Origin: an uncultured delta proteobacterium
GTDB lineage: Bacteria > Desulfobacterota > Desulfobaccia > Desulfobaccales > 0-14-0-80-60-11
Assembly: GCA_963812015.1 (NCBI GenBank)
Contig: CAWETI010000003.1
Span: forward strand, 960,001-1,024,000
DNA: 64,000 bases
Direction of reading: 5' to 3'
This document shows, piece by piece, positions 50,720 through 64,000 of the stretch. Within the stretch, counting starts at the first letter, position 1. Each line of letters starts with the position of its first letter. Made by a program: the position numbers and the translations under genes. The notes under the pieces were generated by a model that searched no databases, had not been told where the DNA came from, and worked only from the letters and a program-made list of their open reading frames with translations.

Positions 50720-51346
50720 ATGGACCAAAACGATGGATTCATCCTGGAGGTTTTCTCCGATTACGTCTGACCCTGGTGCTACTTCATCACCGGGCGTGTT
50801 GAAAGGCTAAAGGAAGAGCACGAGATAGAGATCAGGTGGATTGCCTTCCCCCTTCATCCGGAAACACCGGAAGAGGGCTTGAGCCTCGAGGAGCTTTTCA
50901 AGGGACGGGGAATAGATCTCCCTTCGTCCATGGAGCATCTGAAGAAAGTCGCTGCCGAGTTGGGACTTCCCTGGGGTATGCGCACGAGAACCTACAATAG
51001 CCGCCGGGCGCAAGAACTCGGGAAATGGGCTGAGGCATTGGGCAAAGGGGTTGAGTTTCACATGGCTGTATTTCAGGCATACTTCGCTGATGGAAGGAAC
51101 ATCGCCGATATTTCGGTCTTGAAAGAGATCGCCGGGGCAATTGGCCTTGATGGCCGAATGGCGGAACAGGCCTTGACTGAGAGGACTTTCAAGGAAGCAG
51201 TAGACCGTGACTGGGATTATTCCCGCACCTGCGGCATTACAGCAGTTCCAACTTTCATGGTTGATGGGCGGAAAGTGGTCGGCGCCCAGCCTTACCAGGC
51301 TCTTGAAGACCTTGTAAGAGCCGCGGGGGGGAATATGCGGAAATGA
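50720..51346 (+). CDS. DsbA/FrnE-family thiol oxidoreductase, selenoprotein (UxxC)
   Basis: MDQNDGFILEVFSDYV-TGA-PWCY in frame with ORF 50879-51346 (F.LHP, GITAVPTF, GAQPY); hairpin 3' of the TGA. Confidence 0.88.
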
Positions 51347-51568
51347 TGGGCGCAGTATAGTATCTCGGGTTCTCTCCGACAAGCTTCACTTGGATGTGGT
51401 CTTTAGCCATGTGCCCTTCGATGATGCTAAACATATTGTAGATAAGCTGAGGTTAGCTGCAATCCATACACAACCCGGTTTCGGCGCAGGAGATGGCCGC
51501 CTCTTGCCACCTCCGGCTCAGATAACCTGGCTCACAAAAGAGGAAAACTTCTTAGAGAGATAGTCATC

Positions 51569-52114
51569 ATGAACGAGCTCCCTTTATCTAAGGCATACTG
51601 CTTCATTGAGCCAGGTCCGGTCGTGCTGGTGACGACCGCGAATGAGGAACGCGCTAACATCATGACGATGAGCTGGCACATGGTGATGGATTTTACCCCA
51701 TTGATCGGCTGCATCATTGGCCCCTGGGATTACAGCTTCACGGCGTTGAGTACAACTAGAGAATGCGTGATCGCAATTCCTACGGTTGATCTTGCATCCA
51801 AGGTGGTCGAAATCGGCAACTGTTCGGGTGATGAGATCGATAAGTTTAATGCCTTTGGCCTGACCCCGATGCCAGCCCAAAAGGTCAAGCCGCCGCTCGT
51901 GGCCGAGTGTCTCGTCAATCTCGAATGCCAGGTAGCAGATACCAGCATGGTTGATAAGTACAATCTCTTCATCCTGGAAGTGGTCAAGGCCTGGACCGAT
52001 CCAGAGCGCGAGGAACGCCGGACGATCCACCACAATGGGGATGGTACCTTCGTTGTCGATGGCAGGACCATCAATCTAAAGGAGAAGATGGTAAAATGGC
52101 AGGTTCACCTCTAA
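51569..52114 (+). CDS. Flavin reductase family protein
   Basis: EPGPVVLVTT, NIMTMSWHM, IGNCSG...DKF, VKPPLV.EC..NLEC, HH.G.G.F. Confidence 0.88.
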   Translation: MNELPLSKAYCFIEPGPVVLVTTANEERANIMTMSWHMVMDFTPLIGCIIGPWDYSFTALSTTRECVIAIPTVDLASKVVEIGNCSGDEIDKFNAFGLTPMPAQKVKPPLVAECLVNLECQVADTSMVDKYNLFILEVVKAWTDPEREERRTIHHNGDGTFVVDGRTINLKEKMVKWQVHL

Positions 52115-52166
52115 CCAAGCAGGCTATCGAGGACCAGATTCCGGATCATGGGACGTGCGATGTTGC

Positions 52167-52265
52167 TGCTATGATCCGACAGTTATCACAAAGCCAAAAA
52201 CTTCCCATATCCAGATTATATCCGCAATTTTCCTCACTCCACCGATAATTGTCCATTGTGGCAAG
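52167..52265 (+). repeat. Repeat family 1 copy D (left arm-single core-right arm)
   Basis: TGCTATGATCCGACAGTTATCA..ATATCCAGATTATATC..GATAATTGTCCATTGTGGCAAG. Confidence 0.85.
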
Positions 52266-52413
52266 ATAGCCGCTATTCGGGGAAATAAGAAGGCAGGGCC
52301 AAGGCTGACCCTGCCTGTATCTTAACCTCATCTCTTCCCCCACGGCTCAAGCCGCAGTCGCCGTTTTCAGTTCAGAATACGCTTCAGAAGCCCTCGAAGA
52401 CGTTTATGCTATG

Positions 52414-55070
<2,657 letters not shown>

Positions 55071-55093
55071 TAACTTTATCCTGAAAGTTTCTC

Positions 55094-55118
55094 TTTATTA
55101 ATAATGATTATCAATAAA
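55094..55118. promoter_or_regulatory. Fur/Per box upstream of perR-katG
   Basis: Near-perfect dyad TTTATTAATAATGATTATCAATAAA. Confidence 0.75.
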
Positions 55119-56032
55119 ATGTCAAGGGGGAGTTTGTTGAAGTTGTGAGATTTTTGGTTGCCGCATTCGATAGAGGCCAGGGTGAACCCAGACTAGCATA
55201 TCTGCTATATATTTTCTGCTTTAAGCCGCAGAAAAATGGTGCGATATCCTTCTAATATCTGCTTTTATATGCCGCCAGAAGCTCATGGTTTGGCTCCGAA
55301 TGAAGGTTAGCCTGATTTTGGTGCGATGGTGCGCCAATATCACCTATTACCAGCCCGCCCCAAGAAACCAAGAAAGCCTCCCGGCCAGGTGCCCCACGGA
55401 ACCGCAATCAGGCCCTCAAGGGAGAAATTCGGAACACTTTAAAAAATGGGGTTGGGGTACGAAGCGCTCTATCGGATACGGGGGGAGGGAGTCCCGGACT
55501 TGGGGTTTGGGTTTCCGGGCCTTCCAGGGACAGGAAAACGCGCACGGGCGTAGCGCACCATAGAACAGAAGGCAGGGGCATCCACCACCCCCAGCACAGG
55601 GTCGGGCAGGGGTCGTTTTTGGCCCCTGGAGGGCTATCGGATCATTTTTGGTTCAATTGCCCCCCCCAGGCTTGACCCCGACCTTTCCCCCTGGACTGCA
55701 CCCCGATCGCCTCACCATCAATGAGAGAATCATTTGTAGCAGGCATCCTGAGATGCCGTTATCTCCCTCCTGGCGAGGTCGGCCAGGAGCAATCCACCGT
55801 AGGGAGGAAGGGGCTGGGAAAAAGGGGCGGCTGGGCACAGATTTTAAACTTAGCCCATTGTGGTCGCTTCGCTCAATATTGCTTGTATTGTCCTGGGCAT
55901 CCAGGTCTTCGCCCTTTAGCTAACCGTTCTTTCCTGATCCTGTACCCATCATACAAAAGGATAATTAATTATTGATAATTCGGAAAAGATATATTATCCT
56001 TCGGCCTACAAATTTCCCTGGCGGATATTGCG

Positions 56033-56383
56033 ATGGAACGGCGAAGGCATAAGCGGATTTTTGCTTCTATTCCCGTTAAGATCCATGTCCAACGAACTGA
56101 ATCTCCAAAGGATTCATGGAGCACCCTTGGAGTTCTAAAAGATATTAGCTACGAGGGGGCCTATTTCAGCACCAAGGCAAAACCGCCCCTGGAACAAGGA
56201 CAAATTAAAGGGTTTACCATCACACCCGCTGAAGAGAACCCCAACCTTCCTGGTATCACCCTCATTGACGGAACAGGTCGAGTTGTTCGCATAGATATCC
56301 CTCAAACAGGCTTTAATGATACCGGGGTCGCACTTGAGTTTATTTCGGCCAAGCTCTTTGACTGCCTAATTAAAGATAGTTGA
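56033..56383 (+). CDS. PilZ domain protein
   Basis: ERRRHKR (RxxxR) and DISYEG (DxSxxG), GRVVR, GVALEF. Confidence 0.88.
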   Translation: MERRRHKRIFASIPVKIHVQRTESPKDSWSTLGVLKDISYEGAYFSTKAKPPLEQGQIKGFTITPAEENPNLPGITLIDGTGRVVRIDIPQTGFNDTGVALEFISAKLFDCLIKDS

Positions 56384-56894
56384 CAGTCATCTCCTGGCCC
56401 TCTTGCCCATCCTCTTTCAGGTTTTCTCGGTCAAGCCAGCCCTGCCCGATCATGCCCGTTCCGATGACTACTCTCGCTGGAGTTTCATTGCCGTTCCAGA
56501 AATATCCCTTGCTTTTATCCAATAATTAATTATTATTGACTTACCTCCCCTATGACCCCCATATCGCGGGGGGGTTCACATAAGGCCGACCTACGTCCCT
56601 CCCCATGACACTCAGGTCGGCCTATCATTTTGGGCCTTGCCCCCCCCATCGGGCATGGTTTATGGCTCTTAATGCGCAACTTGCAGCCTGGGACTGTCGC
56701 CAGCGGTGGCCTTATGACCCTATAAGAGCTGGATCTTGAGTCGGGGCAACACCCCCACTCGCATAACCCATACCTCCATTCACATCTGCATATAACCTAT
56801 GGGACCTTCCATTGAAATTTTCGCCTATATCTGGCATAAGGAATATATTTGGGCTTACACGAGAGAGGTTGCTTTCGGGAAGATGCGCATTTTA

Positions 56895-56968
56895 GGGCTT
56901 AAACTCAGAAAAATAGATCCTAACATTACTTTGGAATAGAGGAAGAAACGGTTTCCGCATAATCTCGG
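56895..56968 (+). repeat. Repeat family 2 copy S4 (diverged)
   Basis: GGGCTTAAACTC...CCGCATAATCTCGG with the same 58-bp motif spacing. Confidence 0.6.
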
Positions 56969-56996
56969 TGGATAGCACTTTAATAAGGAGGTTGGT

Positions 56997-57335
56997 ATGA
57001 AAACTCTAATCATGGGACTGGTCGCATTAATCCTGGGGCTTATCGGCCTTATCTTAGGCTGGTCGCAGTTCCTCAATCTGTTGGCCGGTGGGATTCCCTT
57101 ACTACTTCTGCTGGGTGGGGGCCTGGCAATTTATCTGGGCTATGAAGAAGCCAAAGCCACTGCATGCAAGAAAGCGGAACCCCCCGCCTACGAGCCTCCC
57201 AAGGTGAACAAGGCTGAGGTGGAGCAATATAGTGAGCAAGACCGCCTTAAGGCTGAAATCGAAGAACCCGAGAAGAAGACAAAACCCAAAAAGAAGACAG
57301 AACCTAAGAAGAAGAAGACTTCTCAGGAGGGCTGA
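56997..57335 (+). CDS. Small two-TM protein with Lys-rich tail
   Basis: TAAGGAGGT RBS; hydrophobic N-terminal half. Confidence 0.75.
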   Translation: MKTLIMGLVALILGLIGLILGWSQFLNLLAGGIPLLLLLGGGLAIYLGYEEAKATACKKAEPPAYEPPKVNKAEVEQYSEQDRLKAEIEEPEKKTKPKKKTEPKKKKTSQEG

Positions 57336-57618
57336 GGGAGCTTAGTGTCGACCCATCCCCGAGGCCCGAGTCGATCTTCCCAGGATCTCGGCTTTGATAA
57401 AAATCTTGGTGGGAGGGGCTCTGGGGGCAAAATAAAGAAGAAACCGCGGGGGCCTCCGAGCCCCCTCTGCTATCTTTGATACCACCTCTATTCCCCCAGG
57501 CTTCTATTGAACCCCTGTATAATTTCGACTATATTGAAGGTTATAAAATTTTGATGCCTACTTCTGTCCTCCTGGCTGGGCCATCCACAAAATAGCTGTG
57601 ATTTAAGAGGGGAAACTG

Positions 57619-57819
57619 ATGAAAGTCGATGATAAGGACTCTTGTGAAAGAGGATATAAGGTTTCAAAAATTGTTCGGCTAAAGCACACAGTCGAATGTT
57701 TTAAGTGTAAGAAAGAAATCCCGGCAGGGTTAACCGCCACATTGGATCAAGGTAATTTCTTATGCACAGATTGCCTCAATTTCAGCATACTTCCTGCGCA
57801 AGAAGGTGGCAAAGTCTGA
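57619..57819 (+). CDS. Small zinc-finger protein
   Basis: CFKCKKEI..G...LCTDC; GAGGGG RBS. Confidence 0.5.
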   Translation: MKVDDKDSCERGYKVSKIVRLKHTVECFKCKKEIPAGLTATLDQGNFLCTDCLNFSILPAQEGGKV

Positions 57820-57974
57820 TGATCTGTGAACCCCGCCCCCCTGAGGCTCTTTTCTCCAGCCCTATCACCCCCCTTACTACCCCTAAATCGTGAGTAGCAA
57901 AGGAGTGGTGACCTGCCCCCCAAAAACTGATCCACATGTTAAGTTAGAGTAGTGGATCGAAGGGAGGCAGGGAG

Positions 57975-58253
57975 ATGAGCAGGAAGCGTTATACGCCGGA
58001 GCAGATCATTGGGAAGTTGCGGGAAGCAGAGGTGGCCTTGGCCCAGGGGGAGACGGTGGGCCAGGTTTGCCGAACCCTGGGTATTGCCGAACAGACCTTC
58101 TATCGCTGGCGCCGGGAGTATGGTGGTTTAAAGATAGAGCAGGCCAAGCGCCTCAAGGCCCTGGAGCAAGAGAATACCCGGCTGAGGCGGGCGGTATCGG
58201 ATCTCACACTGGATAAACTGATCCTCCAGGAGGCGGTAAGGGGAAACTTCTAA
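57975..58253 (+). CDS. IS3 transposase OrfA
   Basis: [29 protein letters not shown]. Confidence 0.93.
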   Translation: MSRKRYTPEQIIGKLREAEVALAQGETVGQVCRTLGIAEQTFYRWRREYGGLKIEQAKRLKALEQENTRLRRAVSDLTLDKLILQEAVRGNF

Positions 58254-59146
58254 GCCCGACCCGTCGGCGGCAATGCATTGAGCATATCCGGAAGGCTCTG
58301 CCGGTGTCGGAACGCCGTGTCTGCGGGGTGATTGGGCAACCGCGTGCGACCCAGCGTTACCAAGCCACCGAGCCTGATGACGAGGTGGGGCTGACTGCGG
58401 CCATCATTGGCCATGCCAGCAGGTATGGGCGATACGGCTATCGCCGTATCCTGGCGTTGCTGCGAAGTGACGGCTGGGTGGTGAACCATAAAAGAATGGA
58501 ACGGATCTGGCGACAGGAAGGGCTGAAGGTGCCCCAGAAGCAGCCAAAGCGGGGCAGGTTGTGGTTAAGCGACGGATCTTGTGTTCGTCTCCGGCCCTGC
58601 TGGCCGAACCATGTATGGTCCTATGACTTCGTGATGGCGCGGACTCACGATGGCAAAGCTTTCCGAATGCTCACCATCATTGATGAGTACACCAGGGAAT
58701 GCCTGGCCATCGAGGTGTCCCGGCGTTTTGATGCAGATGCGGTGTTGTATCGGTTGACAGAGCTGTTTGTGTCACGGCGCCCACCAGACTATATCCGATC
58801 AGACAACGGGCCGGAGTTTACGGCCAGGGCGGTTCGGGAGTGGTTAAGCCGAGTAGGAGTCAAAACGCTCTACATTGAACCTGGCAGTCCCTGGGAGAAT
58901 GGCTACAACGAGAGCTTCAATGGAAAACTGCGGGATGAGTTGCTCAACGGGGAGATTTTCACCACCCTGAAGGAGGCCCAGATCCTTATAGAACGCTGGC
59001 GGCGGGAATACAATACGGCAAGGCCTCACAGCGCCTTGGGTTATCGGCCACCCGCACCCGAGGCCATCCAGGTGATTTCCAGAGATCCTGGCTACGCTAT
59101 GCTCCGCCAGGATCTCTGGCTTGACTTGACCCCAATTCTAACTTAA
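58250..59146 (+). CDS. IS3 transposase OrfB (DDE), via -1 frameshift
   Basis: [49 protein letters not shown]. Confidence 0.93.
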   Translation, partial: LSPTRRRQCIEHIRKALPVSERRVCGVIGQPRATQRYQATEPDDEVGLTAAIIGHASRYGRYGYRRILALLRSDGWVVNHKRMERIWRQEGLKVPQKQPKRGRLWLSDGSCVRLRPCWPNHVWSYDFVMARTHDGKAFRMLTIIDEYTRECLAIEVSRRFDADAVLYRLTELFVSRRPPDYIRSDNGPEFTARAVREWLSRVGVKTLYIEPGSPWENGYNESFNGKLRDELLNGEIFTTLKEAQILIERWRREYNTARPHSALGYRPPAPEAIQVISRDPGYAMLRQDLWLDLTPILT

Positions 59147-59175
59147 AACTTGGTACAACTATCGGGGGCAGGTCA

Positions 59176-60659
59176 CACGTCTTGGGCGTAATGCAAGAGA
59201 CTTACTCAATATCGTTCATGAATTGGAAGAATGTCAAGTTATATTGATAAGCCTAAAAGATAAATTTGATTTGAGTAGCAACGTTGGGAGAGCGATGTTT
59301 GGTATGTTATCTTGCGTTGCACAGCTTGAGAAAGATATTATCGAAGAACAGATGAAAGAAAATAAATTAGCAAGATGGAGGAACAATGAAACATTTATTG
59401 GTAAAGCTCCATTTGGATACCAATGGAATAAAAAAACAAAAGCAATAGAGATTGATGATAAGCAGTCAGTAATTTATAAAAACATTGTGAATATGTATGT
59501 ATACCAGGGAATGACTTTTAGAGATATCGTAGTAAGACTTAGGAAAGACGGAATTAAGTGTAAGAGGTCATGGTTTAGCAATAGCACAATCAGCTATATG
59601 CTTAAAAATCCTGCGTACTACGGCTATTATTACGTAAATCAGTACGTTTACGATGGTACAAAACGAACTAAAGTGAAGAAGCCTGATAATGAATTTATTT
59701 CATTTATGATTCCACCAATAATTTCAAAAGATGAATGGGATAAGATTCAAGTTAATACTGAACGTAACAAAGTAAAAGGGAAAAATATTTCAATATCAGA
59801 AGGTTATTGGCTTAGAGATATTTTGATATGTGGAGAATGCGGAGGGAAAATAAAACCACATCATGGTTATAAGAGAAAAGACGGTAGCATATCCAGATAT
59901 TACGCTTGCTATTGGAGTTCTACGAGCCAAAGAAATTTAGAAATTCACGGAAAAAAGAGATGTGAGTTGCCTCATATCAATGCTAATGATTTAGAAGGAC
60001 ATATCTGGTCTACAATGATTGAAAGTTTTTCATCAATTGGAATCAAAAGACAGCCAAAACCAAGCAAATTTGAATCTTTGTATAGTACCGAACAACTTGA
60101 TGAACAAATAAAGCAACTTAAAACGGTTTCTAATACGTTAAAGGCTAATTTGAGAAAGAAGAAGATTGCAAGGGACAGGTATTTCATTTGTTATGAAGAT
60201 GATGATTTTGATAAAGATGAAATGTCAAGGAAATTGAAGGAAAATGATAATGATATTCGAAAAATAAAGTCTGACATTGAGAAAACTGAGAACAAATTAA
60301 TTACACTAAGTGAGGTTAACCATAATATAGTGTCATTTAAGGAACTTATCAAAAATAATCCAGATTGGATATATTCTCTCCAAAAGAGCTTGTATGAGCT
60401 ATCCCCAAAAGATAAAAAGTTACTTTTAGAAAATCTCGTTCAGGGGAAAATTCTGGTTTCAATCTCCGACCCTGACGAAAAAGGTTCATGGGGGGTTCAT
60501 GGCTTTGGAATTTCATTCAATAAAGCAGCTTTTGAGCGGTTAATGGGAGAGGGGAAAATTCCAGTGATTAATTCCAAATGGTGCGAACCATCCTGCCGCC
60601 CTGGAGTTTTGAAGAGGCTTTGGAGACCTCGAAGATCTACAGCGTCATGGGGCGCTTAA
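59176..60659 (+). pseudogene. Large serine recombinase, N-terminally truncated by the IS
   Basis: The frame begins TRLGRNARDLL at the IS end; G.APFGY, NP.Y.G, L.CG.CG zinc ribbon, coiled coil; the catalytic-Ser motif is absent; the ORF runs across the junction into comM. Confidence 0.9.
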
Positions 60660-61411
60660 GGCCCGGCCAGTCCCTGGTGCCCCGGCGGCCCTTCCGTTCG
60701 CCGCACCACACCATCTCGGATGCGGGCCTCATCGGCGGCGGCACCATCCCCCGGCCCGGAGAGGTGAGTCTGGCCCACCACGGGGTGCTGTTCCTGGACG
60801 AGCTGCCGGAGTTCCGCCGCTCCACCCTGGAGGTGCTGCGCCAGCCGTTGGAAGAGGGCAAGGTGACCATCTCCCGGGCGGCCACCTCCCTGACCTATCC
60901 GGCCCGGTTCATGCTGGTGGCGGCCATGAATCCATGCCCCTGCGGCTTCCTGGGGGACGTGAAAAGGGCCTGCACCTGCACCCCCAACCAGATTAACGCC
61001 TATCGCTCCCGCATCTCCGGCCCGCTGTTGGACCGGATCGACATCCAGGTCCAGGTGCCGGCGGTGCCGTTCCGGGACCTGGCGGCGCCGGCGGGAGGGG
61101 AGGGCTCTGTAGAGATTCGGGAGAAAGTGGTGGCGGCCCGGGAGCTCCAGACGGGGAGGTTTCATAAGACCCGCATCTACGCCAACGCCCACATGCCGCC
61201 CCGGCTCATCAAGCAGCATTGCGCCCCGGGCCCCGAGGCCCAGCGCCTGCTGGAGACGGCCATGGAGCGCCTGGGCCTCTCGGCCCGGGCCTACCACCGG
61301 ATCCTGAAGATCGCCCGGACCATCGCCGACCTGGAAGGGGAGGGCAGTATCGGCCCGGCCCAGGTGGCCGAGGCCATTCAGTATCGGACGATGGATAGGA
61401 AGTTTGGGTGA
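60586..61411 (+). pseudogene. comM: comM/yifB 3' fragment, starting at TILPP
   Basis: [66 protein letters not shown]. Confidence 0.95.
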
Positions 61412-61421
61412 GAAGCACTCT

Positions 61422-61447
61422 GGTTCCCAAGCTCCGGCTTGGGAACC
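61422..61447. repeat. REP-like hairpin
   Basis: GGTTCCCAAGCTCCGGCTTGGGAACC; relatives at ~63869-63896 and at the window end. Confidence 0.6.
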
Positions 61448-62274
61448 AGAGTGCTTCAGGTTCCAAGGGAACACCCAAAACCAGGCAAAGCATGGGTGGC
61501 ACAGGCTGAAGCCTGGGGCGACGTTTTCATAAAAACAGGGAAAAAAACGAGGTTTCGCGTCAATTTAGACCCCAAAAAGACCCCAAAAAGACCTAAAAAA
61601 GCACCGAAAATCGCTGAAAAGGGCCGGCCGCCGGCCGGTTAAGCAGGTAAAACCCGGGACGCGTGCCGGGCTATGGCGAGGTCGCGTCGTCCTCGACCCA
61701 GGCAGGACCCGCGTGGTTGGCGCGTCATGGTCAAGCCTGTGCCGCGGTCGTATCGGCCTGGTCCCGGGGTTAAAAATCCGGCTTTCGCCAAATTTAGTAA
61801 TGAATATCAAGGGATTCAGGATGAGTGGGCCTCCCGGTGCCGGGACGCGGTACAGGTGAAACGGCTTAATCCGGGTCATTTTCCACGGGTTGACCAATAG
61901 TGTGGCGCTTTTATCCCGGCAAGGCATGGGAGCATCATAAACTCAGGATTAGGCCGGCCTCCAGAAGCGCTGGGAGAGATGACGTGGTTTTCAGGCGGGC
62001 CTGGTTAGGGTGGCGCCCACGACCTGGTGAGGCAGGATGATTAGGGCTTTACCTTAATATTTACCTAGGGGCAGCCGATGATAACGTTGGAAGTCTGGAG
62101 ATAGAATAAGGCTCAAGGCGGGATACGCTATGCTTTCCCGCCCTACGGGCTACGGGCTCCCTTATAAAAACGACCATTTATCAATTGGTTACATTTTTTT
62201 TAATTTAATAATTAATAATTAACATTTGACAATAACCCTCCATTTGTGCAATGAATGATTGGTGGGAGATTAAT

Positions 62275-62913
62275 ATGAAGAACTATAAAAATAGATGTCA
62301 TTTATTGATGATATGTTTGGTTCTATTGTTTGATTTTTCAGTATCAGGGTGTGCCTTAACGAAAGAATATATAACCGTGGATTACACACCTCAAAAAAAT
62401 ATCGAGCCTATTAGAGGGGCAGAAAATATTCATCTTAAAGTAAATGTGAATGATGGTCGAAGTATGCGGGATAAGGTATGTTATAAAAAGAATGGCTATG
62501 GGATGGAACTAGGCGAAATTATCTCTAATAACGATGTTGTTCAATTAGTTAGTGATTCTATCAAAACTGAATTGACTAACCGCGGATTTATTGTAAATGA
62601 CGGTGATATAATTATTAATATTGAATTAATAAAATTTTTTAATGATTTCAAGATGGGATTTTTTGCAGGTGATGCATCTGCGGAAGTTTTAATGGGGTCA
62701 CAAGTTAAACTGTCAAATGGCAATATAATTTATAATAAAATAATCACTGGAAATTACGTAGAGCAGAATATTCAATTATCTACTGGGAATAATGCTAAAC
62801 TTGCCTTAGAAGGAGCATTAAAAGATGCTGTATCTAAGCTGGTTAATGATTCAGAATTCATTATAGCTTTGATGGGAACTAAGAAATTAGGTATTAATCT
62901 TAAATTTCCTTGA
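62275..62913 (+). CDS. YajG-like lipoprotein, AT-rich
   Basis: Lipobox-like VSGC; V.D.R, L..RGF pattern; GGGAG RBS before ATG 62275. Confidence 0.65.
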   Translation: MKNYKNRCHLLMICLVLLFDFSVSGCALTKEYITVDYTPQKNIEPIRGAENIHLKVNVNDGRSMRDKVCYKKNGYGMELGEIISNNDVVQLVSDSIKTELTNRGFIVNDGDIIINIELIKFFNDFKMGFFAGDASAEVLMGSQVKLSNGNIIYNKIITGNYVEQNIQLSTGNNAKLALEGALKDAVSKLVNDSEFIIALMGTKKLGINLKFP

Positions 62914-63052
62914 CGTTTTTTTTACTTAGTGGCGCTTCGAGAGACGTAAGCTTCTAACCATAGCTCCTGCGTTTGACAGTAATCCTTATATATATGTAAT
63001 GAAGATGATAGTGGAAAAGCTGATAATTAATCGTTAAAGGAGGCGTCGCCTC

Positions 63053-63808
63053 ATGAAGAGAATTCTATCAGTAATTCTGATTGTGCTTTTTGGGTCAGTA
63101 GGATTAGCCTATGGTCAATCGGCAAAAGATGTTTATAAAGCCGTTAAAAAAGCTGAGCTTAGCGCAACAGGGCCTCGGGCAACTTTTGCAAGTGCAATGA
63201 CCGATGCAGAAACCGAGTTCGATTTATTTAACGATAGCCCGGAGGCAAAGAAAAACCCTGAATTTACATCCCATATAAAAAAAGCTATAGGAAGTCTTGC
63301 AATGGTCCAATTGAGTAGGGACCCTAATATGATTATGGGTTTCGTTCTCATGGAAAAACAAAAAGGCAAGGGTAATGCTGGTCTTGACCCTGCAACTCGA
63401 TTTAAGGAAGGCATGGATACAGCTACCAGAGAATTAGAACTGGCTAAAAAATATATGGGGCTAATTGGAACACCATCTGGTGAATCTGAAGCAGATACTA
63501 AAAATATTCCTGATATTAATGATAGACAAAAAATAAATTATAGTAACAGAATTGATGAACTTCACAGCAGAATGAAGAGCGAGTTTGGTATACTGGCTCA
63601 ATCTGATCCAAAAAATGCTAAAGCAGTCAGTGTTGGTGTAATATCAAACATAAAAAAACTTATAAATGAGCGAGACAACTTAAAATTCGAGGCTCTTAAA
63701 TACTACCACATGAAACTGCCACCGGATTTAGCTAAGAAATTTGAGGAATCAGAGCGGGCGACGGATCAGGCAAAGAAAACAATGCAGAATGCGGGGGCTC
63801 AATGGTAA
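63053..63808 (+). CDS. Secreted hypothetical protein, AT-rich
   Basis: AGGAGG RBS; signal peptide; helical. Confidence 0.7.
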   Translation: MKRILSVILIVLFGSVGLAYGQSAKDVYKAVKKAELSATGPRATFASAMTDAETEFDLFNDSPEAKKNPEFTSHIKKAIGSLAMVQLSRDPNMIMGFVLMEKQKGKGNAGLDPATRFKEGMDTATRELELAKKYMGLIGTPSGESEADTKNIPDINDRQKINYSNRIDELHSRMKSEFGILAQSDPKNAKAVSVGVISNIKKLINERDNLKFEALKYYHMKLPPDLAKKFEESERATDQAKKTMQNAGAQW

Positions 63809-64000
63809 TGGCTTTTGGTTTGGGGGGTGACATTTTTCTGATTTATTATTTCTGATTTATTTTTCCCGGGTTTCCAAGCTCCCACTTGGGAACCCTTTTT
63901 TTGCAAAGGTCTGCTTTGCTCTCGCGGTGATGATATAATGGCAGATATCTGTCGCCAAGCGGAACTTGGCGTAAGAAGATGCGTCCCCAAGCAGGAGCTT

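Larger units (their letters stand above)
57909..59175 (+). mobile_element. IS3-family insertion sequence (IS407-like), 1267 bp
   Basis: TG..CA ends with IRs TGACCTGCCCCC..TTAAGTTAG; orfA/orfB overlap with GGGAAAC slip site at 58241-58247; no target duplication. Confidence 0.95.

Noticed and set aside
55285..55975. Short ORFs between perR and the PilZ gene
   Set aside because: No RBS or motif support; possibly decayed mobile DNA, but not assignable.

Overview
GC-rich chromosomal window from a sulfate-reducing bacterium (Desulfobacterota-like; inferred from gene content and order). Bases 1-34,200 are mostly housekeeping: rplS-rnhB-yraN-rsmI-ptsH-ptsI-smpB, nrdJ with NrdR boxes, fabH, rplM-rpsI-argC-truA and the sat-aprBA-qmoABC cluster with a Rex-type operator. 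Many REP-like palindromes lie between these genes, and one AT-rich cyclase gene sits between REP clusters. Bases ~34,451-60,585 are a ~26 kb island inside comM (yifB); the middle of comM is not found in the window. The left arm is a capsid-less, satellite-like module: HTH, Rep-like gene with 25-bp iterons, TerS-like gene, small tyrosine recombinase with a perfect palindromic site, and TerL. The right end is a large serine recombinase whose N-terminus has been removed by an IS3-family element. The cargo between them includes a permease pair, S9 peptidase, IHF, an acyltransferase, a UGA-recoded selenocysteine DsbA, a flavin reductase, katG-perR and PilZ. It is punctuated by two families of co-oriented non-coding repeats whose homology breaks at a palindromic core. 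That candidate cassette/site-specific recombination array is the most novel-looking signal. All calls come from reading the sequence and motifs only; no database search was run.
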